From contig CAUYUJ010000115.1 of the NCBI GenBank assembly GCA_963575745.1, positions 496,001 through 560,000 on the forward strand: a stretch of DNA of 64,000 nt, given 5' to 3'. Below are positions 21,711-34,958 of the stretch, one piece after another; the first letter of the stretch is position 1, and each line of letters starts with the position of its first letter. A program made the translations under genes and the position numbers. Below the pieces are notes generated by a model. That model was not told the DNA's origin and did no database searches. It was given only the letters and a program-made list of their open reading frames with translations. The stretch comes from Prorocentrum cordatum. Lineage: Eukaryota.

Positions 21711-24317
21711 AGACCAACATTTTACGATGTTAGCCTCTCTCTCTTGGCAGGCCTGTTGAAGGCCTCTTCGATGGTCGTGTACGCGTCGTGGGCCGTCTGG
21801 AAGCCATCGTGCGTGTCTTGCACCGAACTGTCTCTGGGGCTTTGCCTCCCCTCGGCCTCGCCCTGAGGCCCCGCCGCTTTCTCCTCCCCTCCCTCCGCCT
21901 AATTCAAGCTTCGCGCGGCCCGCTTAGCTTCGACCGGAAGAGGTGCGCTCTCGACCCGCGAATTAAAAAGTGTTTTGCACCGAGCGTTCGACGACTCGGA
22001 GTCCTGTTGGACCGGCTTGCGCGCCTCTTGGGGCCCCCTTGGGTGACTCTGTGGCGATTGAAAGCCGCGCCCAGGAGGAAAACCATCTTTGGCCCGACCT
22101 GGTCGGGGTACTGTGCGTCCAGGGGCCTCGAGGGGCCGCCCCGCGCGCGCGCAGCAGAACTACGGTGAAGCAGTTGGCGGAGATCTTAGCACGCCTCTGG
22201 CCCGTTGGGCTGGCGACCTCGGAGCTACCCACTCCCCTCCTGTCTTTCCCCGCCGACAGCCGACGGCACGACTGTTGCGTGACGTCGGCCTGCGGACATA
22301 CCGCGCTCACATGGCCGAAGGACTGTTTTTTCATCCCAGGCCGTTTCTCTTGACCACCCCAGGATTTTGAGATCGCCGCATCTCTGATGCATTGGCGATG
22401 CGGCTCGATTCGGACCCCTGTGTTCTCCGTCCCCGTGTCGCCGATGCATCGGCGGTGCAGCGCGTTCTTCCGATCCGTCTGCTCGGGCTCGTTTTGGGCG
22501 GTCTCCTTCGTGCCCCGCCCAGGGCGAAGAGGTCGCCCGCAGGCGTACGGTTCGCGCGATGCCGCTCAGATTGGAAAGCTGCCCTCCACCCTCTCCTCCT
22601 CCTCCTCCTCCTCCTCCTCCTCCTCCTCCTCCTCCTCCTCCTCCTCCTCTTTCTCCTCCTCGTCCTCCTCCTCCTCCTCCTCTCCTCCTCCTCCTCCTCC
22701 TCCTCCTCCTCTTTCTCCTCCTCGTCCTCCTCCTCCTCCTCCTCCTCCTCCTCCTCCTCCTCTTCCTCCTGATCCTCCTCCTCGTTCTCCTCCTCCTGTT
22801 CGCCTTCGCCTACAGGGGCAGGAGACCTCCCCCGATCCATGGATTTGGCGACCGCGCGCCAAATCCATGGATCGTTAATCCATGTTTGCGCGCCCCCGAG
22901 TCTTGACCGACTTTCTCGCGGACCATGCAGCGCAGACCCCCCCACGCCGCTCGGGAGACCCAGTTGCTGCCGCGGCTTCCTTGGGGGCCCCCGAACGGGG
23001 TGGTGACCACACCGTGTGGTGAGTCGGTGGGGATTCGGGGTCACCGCGCGGTTTTGGGACTCGTGTCGTTCTCCGAGGATGTCTCGGGCGACTGGAGCAT
23101 CCAGGGGCCCAAAACCATGCGCTGGCGGACCGTGCGCTGAGGTCTTGGGGGGATTCGAGGTCACCGCACGGTCGGTAGCCGCACCGTTTCGGGATTCCGA
23201 GTTCCCGCGTGCCCCCGCCCAGGGCGCTGTGGCTGAACAGGGAGCACTCGCAGGGGGGAGCGCCCGTCGCCCTCGACCAGCTGGAGGGGCTGCTGGCCGA
23301 GCAGGCCGGGGGGAAGGAGGAGGAGGAGGAGGAGGCGGAGGAGGAGGCGGAGGAGGCGGAGGAGGAGGCTGAAGAGGAGGAGGAAGAGGAGGAGGAAGAG
23401 GAGGGAGAGGAGGACCAGTGCGAGCCCAAGTCGCATCAGCGATGTTGCAGTAAACACTGCCTCCCGGGTCCTTCTCCACAGGTCCCTACACGGGTTTGTT
23501 TGCATTGCGGGATCCCTTGGACAACAACCGTCTGCGCATCTTCAATCATGCAAGAGCACTCTTCCTGGATTTCGACGCAGCAAATCCGCGCGGCGACTGC
23601 GTCTTGACAATTCTAGCTGGCGTCAGAACGTCCTCCCTGAGACGTCAACACCGCGAATCAGCGTGGCTGTTGCGTCCTGAGAGTCGTAAACCGTACCAAT
23701 GCAAATGCTCCTTGATTCTCAACCGTACGAATTGGTGGAAGTGTTGCGAACTCCTAAGACAAATGTCCGCTAAGGCGTGGGGTGCAGTTTCAACATGAGC
23801 CGCCCTCTGTCCTCGAAACTGTTGCAATTGTTCAAGACGAATGTGCGCGGCGCTACGGCGATAGTCACATTTTGAAAACGGACCGCCCTCCATCCTGAAA
23901 GATTTGTCCAATGTTTTAAGGTATATGTGCGCGACGCTAAGCTGAGATCCACAAGTTGAAAACGGACCGACTTCCAGCCTGGAAGCGGATCACAATTTCG
24001 AAGACGCAAGCGTGCGGCGCTAAGGCAAGCGCCACATTTTGAACACGACCCGCCCTCCATCCTTGATATGTTGTAAAATCATAACCGCTTCGCGTAACCC
24101 CGCCGATCAGGAAATCAAGCGGAAGATGGGGGAGGATGGAGGAGGAATCGGAGGAGCAGGCGCAGGAGCAGTTGGAGAAGGAGCAGGAGGAGGAGTTGGA
24201 GGAAGAGATGAGGGAGGGGGACGAGGGAGAAGGCGGAGGAATAGGAGGAGGAGGAGGAGGAGGAGGAAGCGGAGGAAGTGGAGGAGGAGGAGGAGGGCGA
24301 GAACAAACAACATGTTC

Positions 24318-25083
24318 AGGCCTCTTGGATGCCTCTCGGAGTCGTTTCGGATTTTTCGAGAGTTTCCTGGGATCCTTCCGAGGTGTTTGGCGTCTTGGGG
24401 CGTCGTGGGTGCCTCTTGATGGCCTCTGGGGGCCTATTGGGGGTCTCTTGGGAACCTCTTGGGGGGCACCTTGGGGGCCTCTTGGGGTCCCCTCGGGACC
24501 ACCTGGGCACCTCTCTGGGCCGCCTACCCTTGGGAGCCTCGGGGGGCATCTTGGAGAAGATCGATCAAAGGAGGGGCCGTAGTACTTCAGCCCCCCCCCC
24601 CGCCAGGAAGCCATCACGTGGCCAACACCTTACTAACAAAACCTTAGTCACATCAAGGTGTGTGCTTTCTCGCCGAGGCCTCTTGGTGAAGCTTGGATGC
24701 CTCTGAGGGGCCTCTTGGCGCTTCTTGTGGGCCTCTTGGCGGCATCTTTGGGGCACGTGGGGGCCCCTTGGGAGCGTCTTGGGGTACCCTTGGGAGTCTC
24801 GGGGGCCAGCGTGGGGCCATCTGGGAGAACATCGATCAAAGGAGCGGGGCTCCTTAATTCGGGTTCCCCCCCCAGTAGGCCAACATGTGGCCAACACCTT
24901 AGTACACTCAGCTGGGTTGACTTCCTTGCCGAGACCGTAGTGGACGCTAAAACCCCTCGCAGAAAACCCTCTGCAGACCCAGGGAGAGGGGGCAGGGGGA
25001 GGGGTAAACCCCTCCCCGCAGGGTAGGAGGAAAGATGGGAGAGGAAACTTGCTAAACCACTCTTGCCCAGAGGGCTGGTGGGA
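24318..25083 (+). repeat. GGGCCTCTTGG-rich dispersed repeat, copy 4 (internally duplicated)
   Basis: Two modules ending ATCGATCAAAGGAG...CCCCCCC...GTGGCCAACACCTTA; terminus GGGGAGGGGTAAACCCCTCCCC...GCCCAGAGGGCTGGTGGG. Confidence 0.75.
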
Positions 25084-25408
25084 AGCCTCGGACAAAACGC
25101 CTGGCCCGCCCCGTTGACACGTCTCAGGGTGCGGCAGGGAGGAGTTATTTTTCGGGATGAGGGATGGAGGAGGACGAGGAAGAGGAGGAAAAGGAGGAGG
25201 AGGAGGTACAGGAGAGGGAGGAAGAGGAGGAGGAGGAGGAGGAGGAGGATGAGGAGGAGGATAAACAGGAAGAGGGTGAGCAGGAGGAGGAGGAGGAGGA
25301 TCAGGAGGAGGAGGAGGAGGTGGAGGAGAAGATTGTGGAGGAGGAGCTGAAGGAGGAGAAGGAGGAGGAGAAGCAGGAGGAGGAGGAGGGTAAGGAGTGG
25401 GAGGAGGA

Positions 25409-25441
<33 letters not shown>

Positions 25442-26077
25442 GGTACAGGAGGAAGAAGAGGAGGAAGAGGAGGAGGAGGAGACCAGCCTCGAGGCCACCC
25501 TCGGATCTTAGGATCCCCCCAGGTCGCCCAACCTAAATGTTGAACCAGCCGCGGCCGACGACAGACAAACGGAAACCGTGCGGTTTCCCCGCGTGCACAT
25601 GGACACCGAGTTGCGCGGGGAGTCCGACGGACCGCGCGAGAGAGTTGTAGTATTTCCCCAGGACACTGGTAGTGTAGATTCTCGGCGGCGAGCCCAGGGA
25701 GGAGCTCAGAGGGGGCCCGGGGCTTCTCAGAAGGCTCGGATGGCTTCTGGCCTTCTGAGAAATTTTCTAAGCCTTCTCCGAAGACGGAGGTGGCTCTTCG
25801 GAAGGCGCGAGGGATTCTTAGAAGCTCCGCCGCCTTCCGGGACGTCCTGCCCCCCCTCGAACGCGCGGTGACTTTAGGGTCATGACTGGGAACTCCTGCG
25901 GCCGTTCGGGACGTTCTGGGCACCCCTGGGTGCCTCTCGGCGAGACGCAGCCGATGCAACGCATCCCGAGGCTGGTACACCAGCGAGAACAGACGAAAAC
26001 GCACGAAAACCTTACGCCTCGAGCCCGGACCTCCCCTGACTCCTCCTCCTCCCTCTCCTCCCTCCTCCTCCTGATCC

Positions 26078-26112
<35 letters not shown>

Positions 26113-26289
26113 CTCCCCCTCCTCCTCCTAGCCCCCCCTGCCCGAGGCGGTGATTCAGGGGCGGCAGGCGCCAACTGATGCGCATTCATACTCCGCGCCC
26201 CGCATGGCGGCGCGCCCTCCTCCCGCGGTGAGGTGGCGGCTCCTGGCGACGTCGCTGCTGTGTTGTTTCGTATTTGATGTGTGTATCTG

Positions 26290-29200
26290 GATTGCTGCTC
26301 TGGATTTTCTCGAGGTGTGAAGTTTGTCCACTGGAATGCCCTGAGTGCGAGTTCAGAGGAGAGACTGTGCTGTGGACGTGGTATGTCTGACCGGGACTGG
26401 TGAGAAACGACGGGATGTCGACACTCTTCGGCCGCCGCTGCCCTTCCATACTGCCCTTCGTTCTGGCTGGAGCCCCAGACCATACACGAACAAGAGCTGC
26501 GGTTGCACCATATTGCTACGCAAACGGGTCTTCCGCACGCCGCACCTGGTCGACACCCCTCCAGCACCAGCGATGCTGAGAGGCCGAGTTTCTCTGACAC
26601 GCCTTCGGAGCGGACGGTCTGATATCCGGGTGCCGATGGCCGCCTTTCCGCCGAGACCGTCGTGCCGTCGAAGTGCGGCCGAGACGGTCACGATGGGCAC
26701 CGCGCATGCAGCACACAGGGACACTGTCGATGCGATATGCAACTGGATCGAGCAGACCCTCACCTGGGCTCGAGGGCGGTCCGCTCACTTCTTTGGCTTC
26801 AGCCTCAACGACGGACTGGGCATTCGCCAGCGAGGTGCGCAGGTCGACGAGCAGGTGGATTCGCCCGCTCTCGGACCTCACGGGCGCCAGGTCCAGCACT
26901 ACGCAGCCGACGAGATGCTAGAGTTGTTCGCGCTCAGAGTGGCGACGAGCGACTTCGAGGTTGGGCCGGCATTTCGCGGAGTTTTGCGCGCCACGCACAT
27001 CGACCACGTCGCCATCTTCGCGTGGCAGGCCCCGTCAGTGCAGACGGTGATTCCGCTCAACAGCGCCAATATGCGCCTGGAGTTGATGCCGCGACCTGGT
27101 CTACAGGACCACGTTCCCATCTTGATGTAGGTGATCTACACGCTGCAGGCGCCTCCCGCGCGGCCGAGGACGCAGTGGGACTTCCATCGGCTGAGCCAGG
27201 CGCTGCAGTCAGGTAAGGGGGTCTCGGCGTTCGCCAACGAACTGGAGGAGGCCTTCTCGCAGCGCCCCGACTACTTCCACGAGCTGTGCGCTGCGAAGGC
27301 CCCTGGCGAGGCCAAGGGGGTCAGCTGCAATCGGTGGCCCAGAAGCACTTCGCTGGGCTAGCGCCAGTGTCGCAGCGAGTTCAGCGACGTCGGGAGGAGC
27401 GGCCTCGATTTCTGGCATACCGGCGCGCTCTTCGAGAGGCGGGCTGCGACGTCACGGGCATGGCCTTCGCTCTTGCCAGGGCTTCGCGCGCGCTACGTGG
27501 CCACCGCCGAATTCGCATCGACAGCGAGGTGCAGCTCCTCGTCGACGACATGCATGAGGCGCGGCAGCGTCGGCAGTTTGCCGAAGCATGGCGCTTGGGC
27601 CACCTGCTGGCAGCGCGGCGCAAGGGGCCGCGGCGCAGGCGCTACAACGCCGCGGGCAGCCTCCTCCCACGGCGGGCCGATATCGCAAAGCATTTCGCCC
27701 AGGTCGGCGCCAACGGCGGCCCAGATGCGATCCCGATCGAGTTCACGGAGTATCGTCAGTAATACCTGGGCTCCCTGCCCGGCGCCCCGATGCACGCGTG
27801 CTACCACTTCGACGCCGGCCGCGAGGACTTCGAGAAATTGGTTGACGTTCTATCGAAGTCGCCTCGACGTCGTGCTGCCCCCCCCCACGCAGTGCCCCTG
27901 CGGAAGTACTTCGGCGTGCGCTCGAGCTTTGGCGTCGGCGCGATGGCCGACGACGGCGACGGCGCCCGCGGCGCCCTGGAGATGAAGACGAGGAGGAAGC
28001 TGACGGACCCCCTCAGCCTCGAGTCGAGCTACAGCTTCGGCATCGCCTCGCTGGCGATCGGAGCGGGCCAGGACAAGTGCACGAGGGGATCGACGCGTCC
28101 ATCATCGAACGCGCCCTGAACGAGGGTCAGGCGCGCGCCCCTCATCTGGCACCGCTCGGTCACTACGAGGCTGGACAAACACAACGGGAAGTCCGAGTTC
28201 AACGCCGGGCGCTTCATCCATGGCCTGTGTAGGGTCGGGAAAACCTGGCACAGAGCTCAACTGCGGCGCGCTCCACCAAACGAACCACCGCCTCGAGAGC
28301 ACGGCTGTCAGCGAAGTCGCATCCGAGAGGGCGGTCTCCTGTGCCAAGAAGGGCTTCTCAGCCGTCTTCGGCGCCTCGGCGTTCCAACCCCCGCTGCGAT
28401 GGAGGACATGAGCAACGCCTTCAGCCCCTCAGCCCTCGCCGCCTTGCGCCAGACGGTCGAGACGGCGGCGCGCCCCGAGGGGCGGGGGCTCTTCCACCAG
28501 CGTCGCGAGCTGAGCACGTTCCGCGTTTCAGGGGCCGACGGGGGCCAGGGCCCCCGCAACCGCTGCAGCGCCTTCATGGGCGACGCCCCCGCGGCGCTGT
28601 TCTTCGCCTGGACCCGCCGCGAGCCCATCGCGGCATGGCTTCGACGGCTTCGCGCGGCTGCCTGGGCGACGCACGAGCTGCCCGAGACTCCGACGACCTA
28701 CTCGGAGTGGAGGGCCTTGCCACTCCTTCCGCCCACCCCGCGCGCGGACATCGACGCCGCGATCTGGCCGAGCGAGGCGCCATGCACGGCGTGGTGCCCG
28801 CTACTGGACGCTGCGGTACCTTTGGGCGCTCGGATCAACGCCGACGACACCAACCACGCGAGCATCGTAGTTTCGGCGCTAAACGCTGGCTACGTGTCCC
28901 GCCACTTCCACAACGAGCTGAAGCGCGCCCTGGGGCCCCACGGCTACACGCGCAACCCGTCCCACAGTTCGGTGTCACCCTGCTTCCTAGGCCGCGGCCC
29001 CAAGAACGAGGTGCGCCGGCTGTTCAGCGGCGACGAGGCCATCGCGGGAGCGGTGCAGCACGACAACGTGGCTCTCGGCATCCATACAACTATCACGAGC
29101 GGCGCGCAGACCGAGCTTCGGCGCGGGCTGCAAGCTGCCCGCAGGGGATACTACAGCATGGGCCGCTTCTGGGCGCGCAGCCGCATCTGGCGACTGACGC

Positions 29201-29680
29201 GGATCGCGTTCGGGTCTGTGTTGCAGGAGGCGGCGCACAGTGGATTTAATGTTCTGATCCCCAGCGAGACGCAACACCGACCGCTGGATAAAGTACCCTC
29301 GAGTCTTGGCCGTCGCCTTCTCGCTGGTGCCGCTGGCCAGAAAATCCCTCTTCTCGCTGGCGATGGTTCACCTCGATGCGATGGCAAGGGCAAGCAATGT
29401 TTCGCTACAAAGCAATGACAGACGAGACAGTGTTGAGGAGGCTTGGCGTAGCCCTCGCGCAGAGTGAGCTCCGTGTTCGGCGACTTTGTCAGTATCAGCG
29501 ATGGCTTCGTCTCCCTGGTCGCCACCCGCAGAAGCTCGCGGTCGCGTTCGGCGGGCTGCCGCTGGACAGGGCGCCGACGTTGCTGGGCGACGGCTCGGTG
29601 GCGGACGACGCCAACCCCCCACTGGCGATGGCGCGGCGCCTCCGCCGCCTACCGCGACCTGGTGCTGCGAGCTGCTGGAC
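26290..29680 (+). mobile_element. Degenerate non-LTR retrotransposon ORF2 (APE endonuclease plus RT), heavily frameshifted
   Basis: APE-like motifs DVVCLTGT, FFGFSLNDG, THIDHVAI, QDHVPI (26345-27130). RT-like RINADDTN followed by RALGPHGYTRNPSHS and AARRGYYSMGRFW (28399-29418). Many stops and frameshifts. Confidence 0.7.
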
Positions 29681-29989
29681 GCCGAGGGCGTCAAGCGCGG
29701 GCGCGCGTTCGCGACGCGCCGTGTTTTGGTGGCGATCGTGGCCCGCCGCCTCAGCCCGCAGGTGCTGCTGGCAGCAGCCGCCCAGGGCCGCTCCCGCCCC
29801 CGCAGTCGCCGAGTCGCGCCAGCGCGCGCTGACCGCAGTTGTTCCGCGAGTGCAAGCAGTGGCGCGCGCCCTCGCCGCGCTCTCGGCGGCGGCCGCAGCG
29901 CCGGCGCGCGCGCCGCGGCGCCAGCCCCGCAGCCCGCGGCGGGAGGCGCGGCCGCGGCCCCCCTCGCCCAGAGGGCCCGCGGAGGGCGT

Positions 29990-30631
29990 CGCGAGGCACA
30001 GGGCGAGCTGGCACAGAGCTACGGCCTGCCGCAGGACGCGCGGGGCCGCCTCCCGCCGATGGAGATGCAGCTCGCGCTGAAGCTCATTCCCGTCATGGCG
30101 CGGGCGATCCTCGGCAACTCATTCAATGCCAGGCAGCTGATGGCGACGACATGCCACGCGCTGTTGGCGGCGGGAAGTTCGGCATTGGCGACGGCGGGGT
30201 TCACGACCGGGCGGGCGTGCGCGTCGGAGGCACAGAGGCTTCGCGACCTGCGCGCTGCCGACCCCGCCCAGCATCGCGCTCCAGAGCTGACCATGTGCCC
30301 CGCCTGCGTGTAGGCGTTCCTGCAGATGGCGCCGGCCGCGCGCGACGCGGCCGATCAGGTGGGGCTGCGCAACAAAGACGAGCGGGCGGTGATCTACGGC
30401 AGGCTCGAGCCCATGGACATCGAAGCCCTGGCCGCGATGATCCGCGGGTGCCGAGTGTCGCAGTGCTGGGAGGAGAACCAGGCTCGGATCACGGTGGCGA
30501 TCAGCGAGCACGCCATCGAGGCCTGCTTCCTGAAGTGCGCCGAGCAGCTGGGGGCGGAGATCAAGCCTGGCCCCGCTCCGAGAGGGCACCAGGAGAGGCT
30601 GCTCCAGCTGGCAATCGACCAGCTAGCCTAG
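29990..30631 (+). pseudogene. Interrupted ORF, possibly ORF1 of a second retroelement
   Basis: Coding-like GC3-rich reading MEMQLALKLIPVMARAILGNS...TGRACASEAQRL, in-frame TAG at 30311-30313, then ...AEIKPGPAPRGHQERLLQLAIDQLA*. No recognisable catalytic motif. Confidence 0.45.
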
Positions 30632-31503
30632 ACGGAGCGTGTCGGCAAGCAAGAGGACGTCGGCAGGCTGCAGGATGCCAGCCAGAGGCCAGTGAGAAGG
30701 CCACTGGCGGCGGCGACAACGGAAGCCCAGCGAGAGCTTCCCCGAATGAGACCGCAGGGAGACCAGCGAATGATTATTTATCATATGTGTTTTCTCTTCC
30801 CCTCCCGAAGCCCGCAAAAGGGTGCGGGCCCTCTCCCACTCAGCACAGTAGCAGTAGCAAGATTTCAGCACGTGTACAGCACAGCACACAGCGAAGCAGA
30901 CGCGAAGTAAATGCAAAGCAGTTCGGGAAACTCAGTGTGATGGAGCGTTTCAAACTCCTCGAATCGCACCGCAAGTTGTCGAGCGAACATACACCTCGGG
31001 GCTCCCAGGGAGGGCCTGCCATTGTTTTGTTTTGGATGTGCGCGCGCTGCAGGTCGTACATATCGCCTGCGTTATCCGTCGATGTGTTTCAGTGGTTGAC
31101 CTTCGACCCGAGGCCCGAAGCAGCGACCCACCGACCTCCTCCTCCTCCTCCTCCTCCTCCTCCTCCTCCTGGGCTCGACGCCGACCTCCGCCCCGTGCAA
31201 CGCCGCCGACGCCGACGCCCCCCGAGCGCCGCCGAGAGCCGCAGGCCTGCGCGGCGGAGGTGCCGCCCCTCCTGGGCGTCAGCGGCGCGGCCTGGCCCGG
31301 GGGCGACCCGCAGGACCGCGGCCCCGCCCGCAGAGCTCTGGGCCTCCTGGGTTTAAGTTTGGCATACAGGAGTGATGTTCACAAATGGTCAACAAATCGT
31401 CTGGGGGCGATTGGTTGTTTAATAATGCTTTGAGTATTCGTGGAGTATGCATAAGTGTTCTTCCAAAGCCCGCTTGTATGGGGGACATGCCCAACTTTAC
31501 TCT

Positions 31504-31658
31504 AGGCCTCCTAGATGGGGTCCGAGCAGATGGTGTCGGAGGATCGGAGCCCGATCTTCTCCACTCGGTCGCCGATGCATCGCCGATGCATTGCCCATGC
31601 ATCGGCGATGCGGCGCGGTCCTCCGACCCCGTCTGCTCCGACCCCATCCGGGAGGCCT
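31504..31658. mobile_element. MITE family D with CGATGCATCG palindromic core
   Basis: TIRs AGGCCTCCTAGATGGGGTCCGAGCAGA ... TCTGCTCCGACCCCATCCGGGAGGCCT; copies at 32204-32597 and 61181-61384, and the core only at ~22370-22490. Confidence 0.8.
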
Positions 31659-32203
31659 CCACACCCGCACAGAGCGGCCTCGTGGCCGCGCCCTGGGGGC
31701 GCCCCGCCGATTGCAGGACCCACATGGAACCGAGGCATCGCTCGGACGTGTGCGTCTTGCGTCGGCGAGGAACGTCGAGGAGCATGTTGGGCCATCCTGC
31801 GAAGAAGTGCACGCACGAAGCGGAATGGACGTCCGAGCGGTGGCGAGGATCCAGATCCATCTGTCCGCCGGCGAGCGAGGGGATGGGGGACGTGAGAAGG
31901 AAAAGGCCTTCTGAGATTGAAGGCGGCGGGGCTTCTCAGAAGCCCTGGGCTCCTTCTGAGAAGTTCTTCTGTGTCTTTGGTGAAGGCTTAAGGAACTTCT
32001 TACAAGGCTGGGGACATCCGAGCCTTTCGAGAAGGCCCGCCTCGTCTCACTTCCCCCCCCAGCCTCGCCGCCGAATATGGGCCCCAAGGCTCCTAGGCCT
32101 CCCGACTCCTCGATTCATCGAACCTCGATCCATCGATCCCTTAATTTTCGACCCGCGAGCCTCGACTCGAGGGTCCGAGCGGTGGCAGAGGCAGAAAGAG
32201 CCC

Positions 32204-32597
32204 AGGCCTCCCGGATTGGGTCCGAGCAGGTGGGGTCGCAGGATTGTGCCGCATCGCCGATGCATCGGCGGAGCGACTCGATCTGGGGCCCAATTTTCTC
32301 CACGCCAGCGTCGCCGATGCATCGCCGACGTCGCCGCTGCATTGCCGATGCATCGCCGACGCATCGACGATGGATGCGGCGCGGCCTTCCGACCCTACCT
32401 ACAGTCAACCGGCAGAGTAAGGATGAGCGACTTTCTTAGGATGCTCTTGCATCCTTCCCCTTCCTCCCGTCCTTGGCCGGTTTCGCTGGCCGTGCTCCGC
32501 TCGCTCAGTGTCGGCATGGCCTTCAAAGGCCTTTGCATTCTTATCGTGCGTCCTTATTATCCGGGTTGACTGTACTCGAACCCCATCTGGGAGGCCT
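32204..32597. mobile_element. MITE family D copy carrying a nested insertion
   Basis: AGGCCTCCCGGATTGGGTCCGAG ... CTCGAACCCCATCTGGGAGGCCT, interrupted at 32400-32574. Confidence 0.75.
32400..32574. mobile_element. Tc1/mariner-type MITE family E (TA TSD)
   Basis: TA-CAGTCAACC...GTAAGGA ... TCCTTA...GGTTGACTG-TA; homologous copy at 58168-58342. Confidence 0.8.
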
Positions 32598-34439
32598 CTA
32601 GTTATGGATTCCAAGACTTCGAGGGGGACGACCACCCCGGTCCCCATGGGTGGCGTTTTCTACAAGCGACCCTGGGCGGTTACTAAACAGCCCTGCCCTG
32701 GTCGGATCCTTCCTCGGGGGCGTCTACTAAACGGCTACGCTTGTCGGGGTGCGAATACTGATGGTGTCTTTTGTACTTTCGATAAAAACTCGCCTCTTGA
32801 CGATGAACGCGGCAACAAACACGGCCCGTCGAAACTGTAAATCAAAACGGTTCACCGAAACGGCCTGGGCATTCTGGGGATCCTATGGGCATTCGGAACC
32901 GGTTCGAAAACGGTTTGGGTTTGGTAACAAAATTGGTGATTTGGATCAGCGGCGCCAATACGGCAAAACAACGGCGCCAAACACGTGAGTAATTCAGCGA
33001 CGGAACCTGTGAAACAAAAAACAAGATGGAAACGGTTCACAGTCGCCCCTGTCGTTTCCAGGACCCACTAAGGCTTCAACACAGCCCAAGCCCGCCGGCC
33101 CAATGTGGCCCAGGAGGCCCCAGCCCCAATGCCCCCAACCCAAGACAACCCAACAGGCCCTCGAGGGGACCCAAGGCGGCCCTGCAGGGCTCCAAGACGG
33201 CCCAAAAGAGCTCCAGGATTTCTAGGCTGGACCGATCCCTTTTCGGTCTGAATCTCTCGGCAGTCCGATGGGTCCCGATGTTCACACAGCATAGTTGGTG
33301 CCTTCATGGTGCAGTCGAGTTTGGTTCGGTCTTGTCTGCGAACGAGTCGATGATGGCTGGTCCTGCCAGCGGGCCTCCTCCGCCTCCTCTCTAGGGGGTG
33401 GGGGGGACGGGGAGCGGGAGGAGGGGGAGGAGGAGGAGTAGGCGTTGGAGGAGGGTCGCTCCCCTTCCGAGCAGCCCTCCGCCTGGCCAAAGGTCATGAA
33501 GTTATGCCCGTCTCTGGGGTATGCCCCATCGAGGTCGCTTAGATCCCTCTGGGCGCTCGCGCAGGCCTTCTCTCTCCTACTCCAACTTGTCTCGCGGCGT
33601 CAGCCTTGGATGCTGCGCCACTCGCTGCCGTTCGAAACTGTAGAGGAGGAGGAGGAGGAGGAGGAGGAGGAGGAGGAGGAGGAGGACGGGGCCAGGACAA
33701 GGGTAAATCCCATCCAGAGCGTACTAGCGTACTAGAACGCTCTGAGAAGGCCGTGGCGCCACATAGATCTTCCGGAGCCGCCAGATCTCAGACATGCTCA
33801 ATGTATCTTCACCCGATGTTATCTTCGTGCTGGCTTCGTCTGCTGTCGGGAATTGCCAGGAGACGCGCGCACGCATCCCGCCCCCTCATCGGGACTGGGG
33901 GGGTGGGATGCTCGGGTGTGCGCTCGCGCTGCCCAGATCCCAGCACCCGCCCCCCACGATTTCTGCCTCGTGCGCGCCCGCAGGGGGCCTTGCGCAGGAG
34001 GGCGGAGGGGGGAGGGGGGAGAGTTCTGTCCTCCTCCCTCCCTTTTTTGTTATTAGGCAAGCCGCGGAGCGAAAGCTCGTAGCGTCTGCTTCCTCTACCC
34101 TCCTCCTCCTGCTCCTTCTCCTCCTCCTCCTCCTCCTCCTCCTATCCCTCCTCCTCCTCCTATCCCTCCTCCTCCTCCTCCTGCTCCTTCTCCTCCTCCT
34201 CCTCCTCCTCCCCCTCCTCCTCCTCCTCCTCCTCCTCCTCCCCTCCTCCTCCTCCGGCGTTCCTTCTTGTGGTTGTGCGTCCTGCCGCTGGCACCCAGGC
34301 CGTCGCCCCCCCTCCCGATCGCCCCCTCCCCCTCCCCCTTCTCCTCCCCCTCCTCCCCCTCCTTCTCCTCCAACTCCTCCTCCTCCTCCTCTCCTCCTCC
34401 TCCTCCTCATCCCCCTCCTCCTCATCCTCCTCATCATCC

Positions 34440-34514
<75 letters not shown>

Positions 34515-34583
34515 GCCTCCTCTCCTGTTCCCTCCTGTTTCTCCTCCTTCTACTCCCCTCCCTCCTCCTCCTCCTCATCATCC

Positions 34584-34698
<115 letters not shown>

Positions 34699-34938
34699 CA
34701 TCATCCCACCCCCCGCCGCCTCCTCCTCCTCCTCCTCGTCCTCCTCCTCCTCCCCCTCCTCCTCCCGCCGTTCCTTCTTGTGGTTGTGCGCCCTGCCGCT
34801 GGCACCCAGACAATCGCCCCCCCCGTCTGGGCGTGGAGAAAACCTTCCTCCCTGATGGACGCACAAGAGAGAGCAGGTAACCAAGCTGCCCTCCCGATCG
34901 CCCCCTCCCCCTCCCCCTCCTCCCCCTCCTCCTCCTCC

Positions 34939-34958
34939 TCCGTAGCCATTGGCTCAAG
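34939..34958 (+). other. Dinoflagellate spliced leader (2-nt deletion) at LINE 5' end
   Basis: TCCGTAGCCATTGGCTCAAG versus consensus DCCGTAGCCATTTTGGCTCAAG; not followed by the GT intron expected of an SL RNA gene. Confidence 0.88.
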
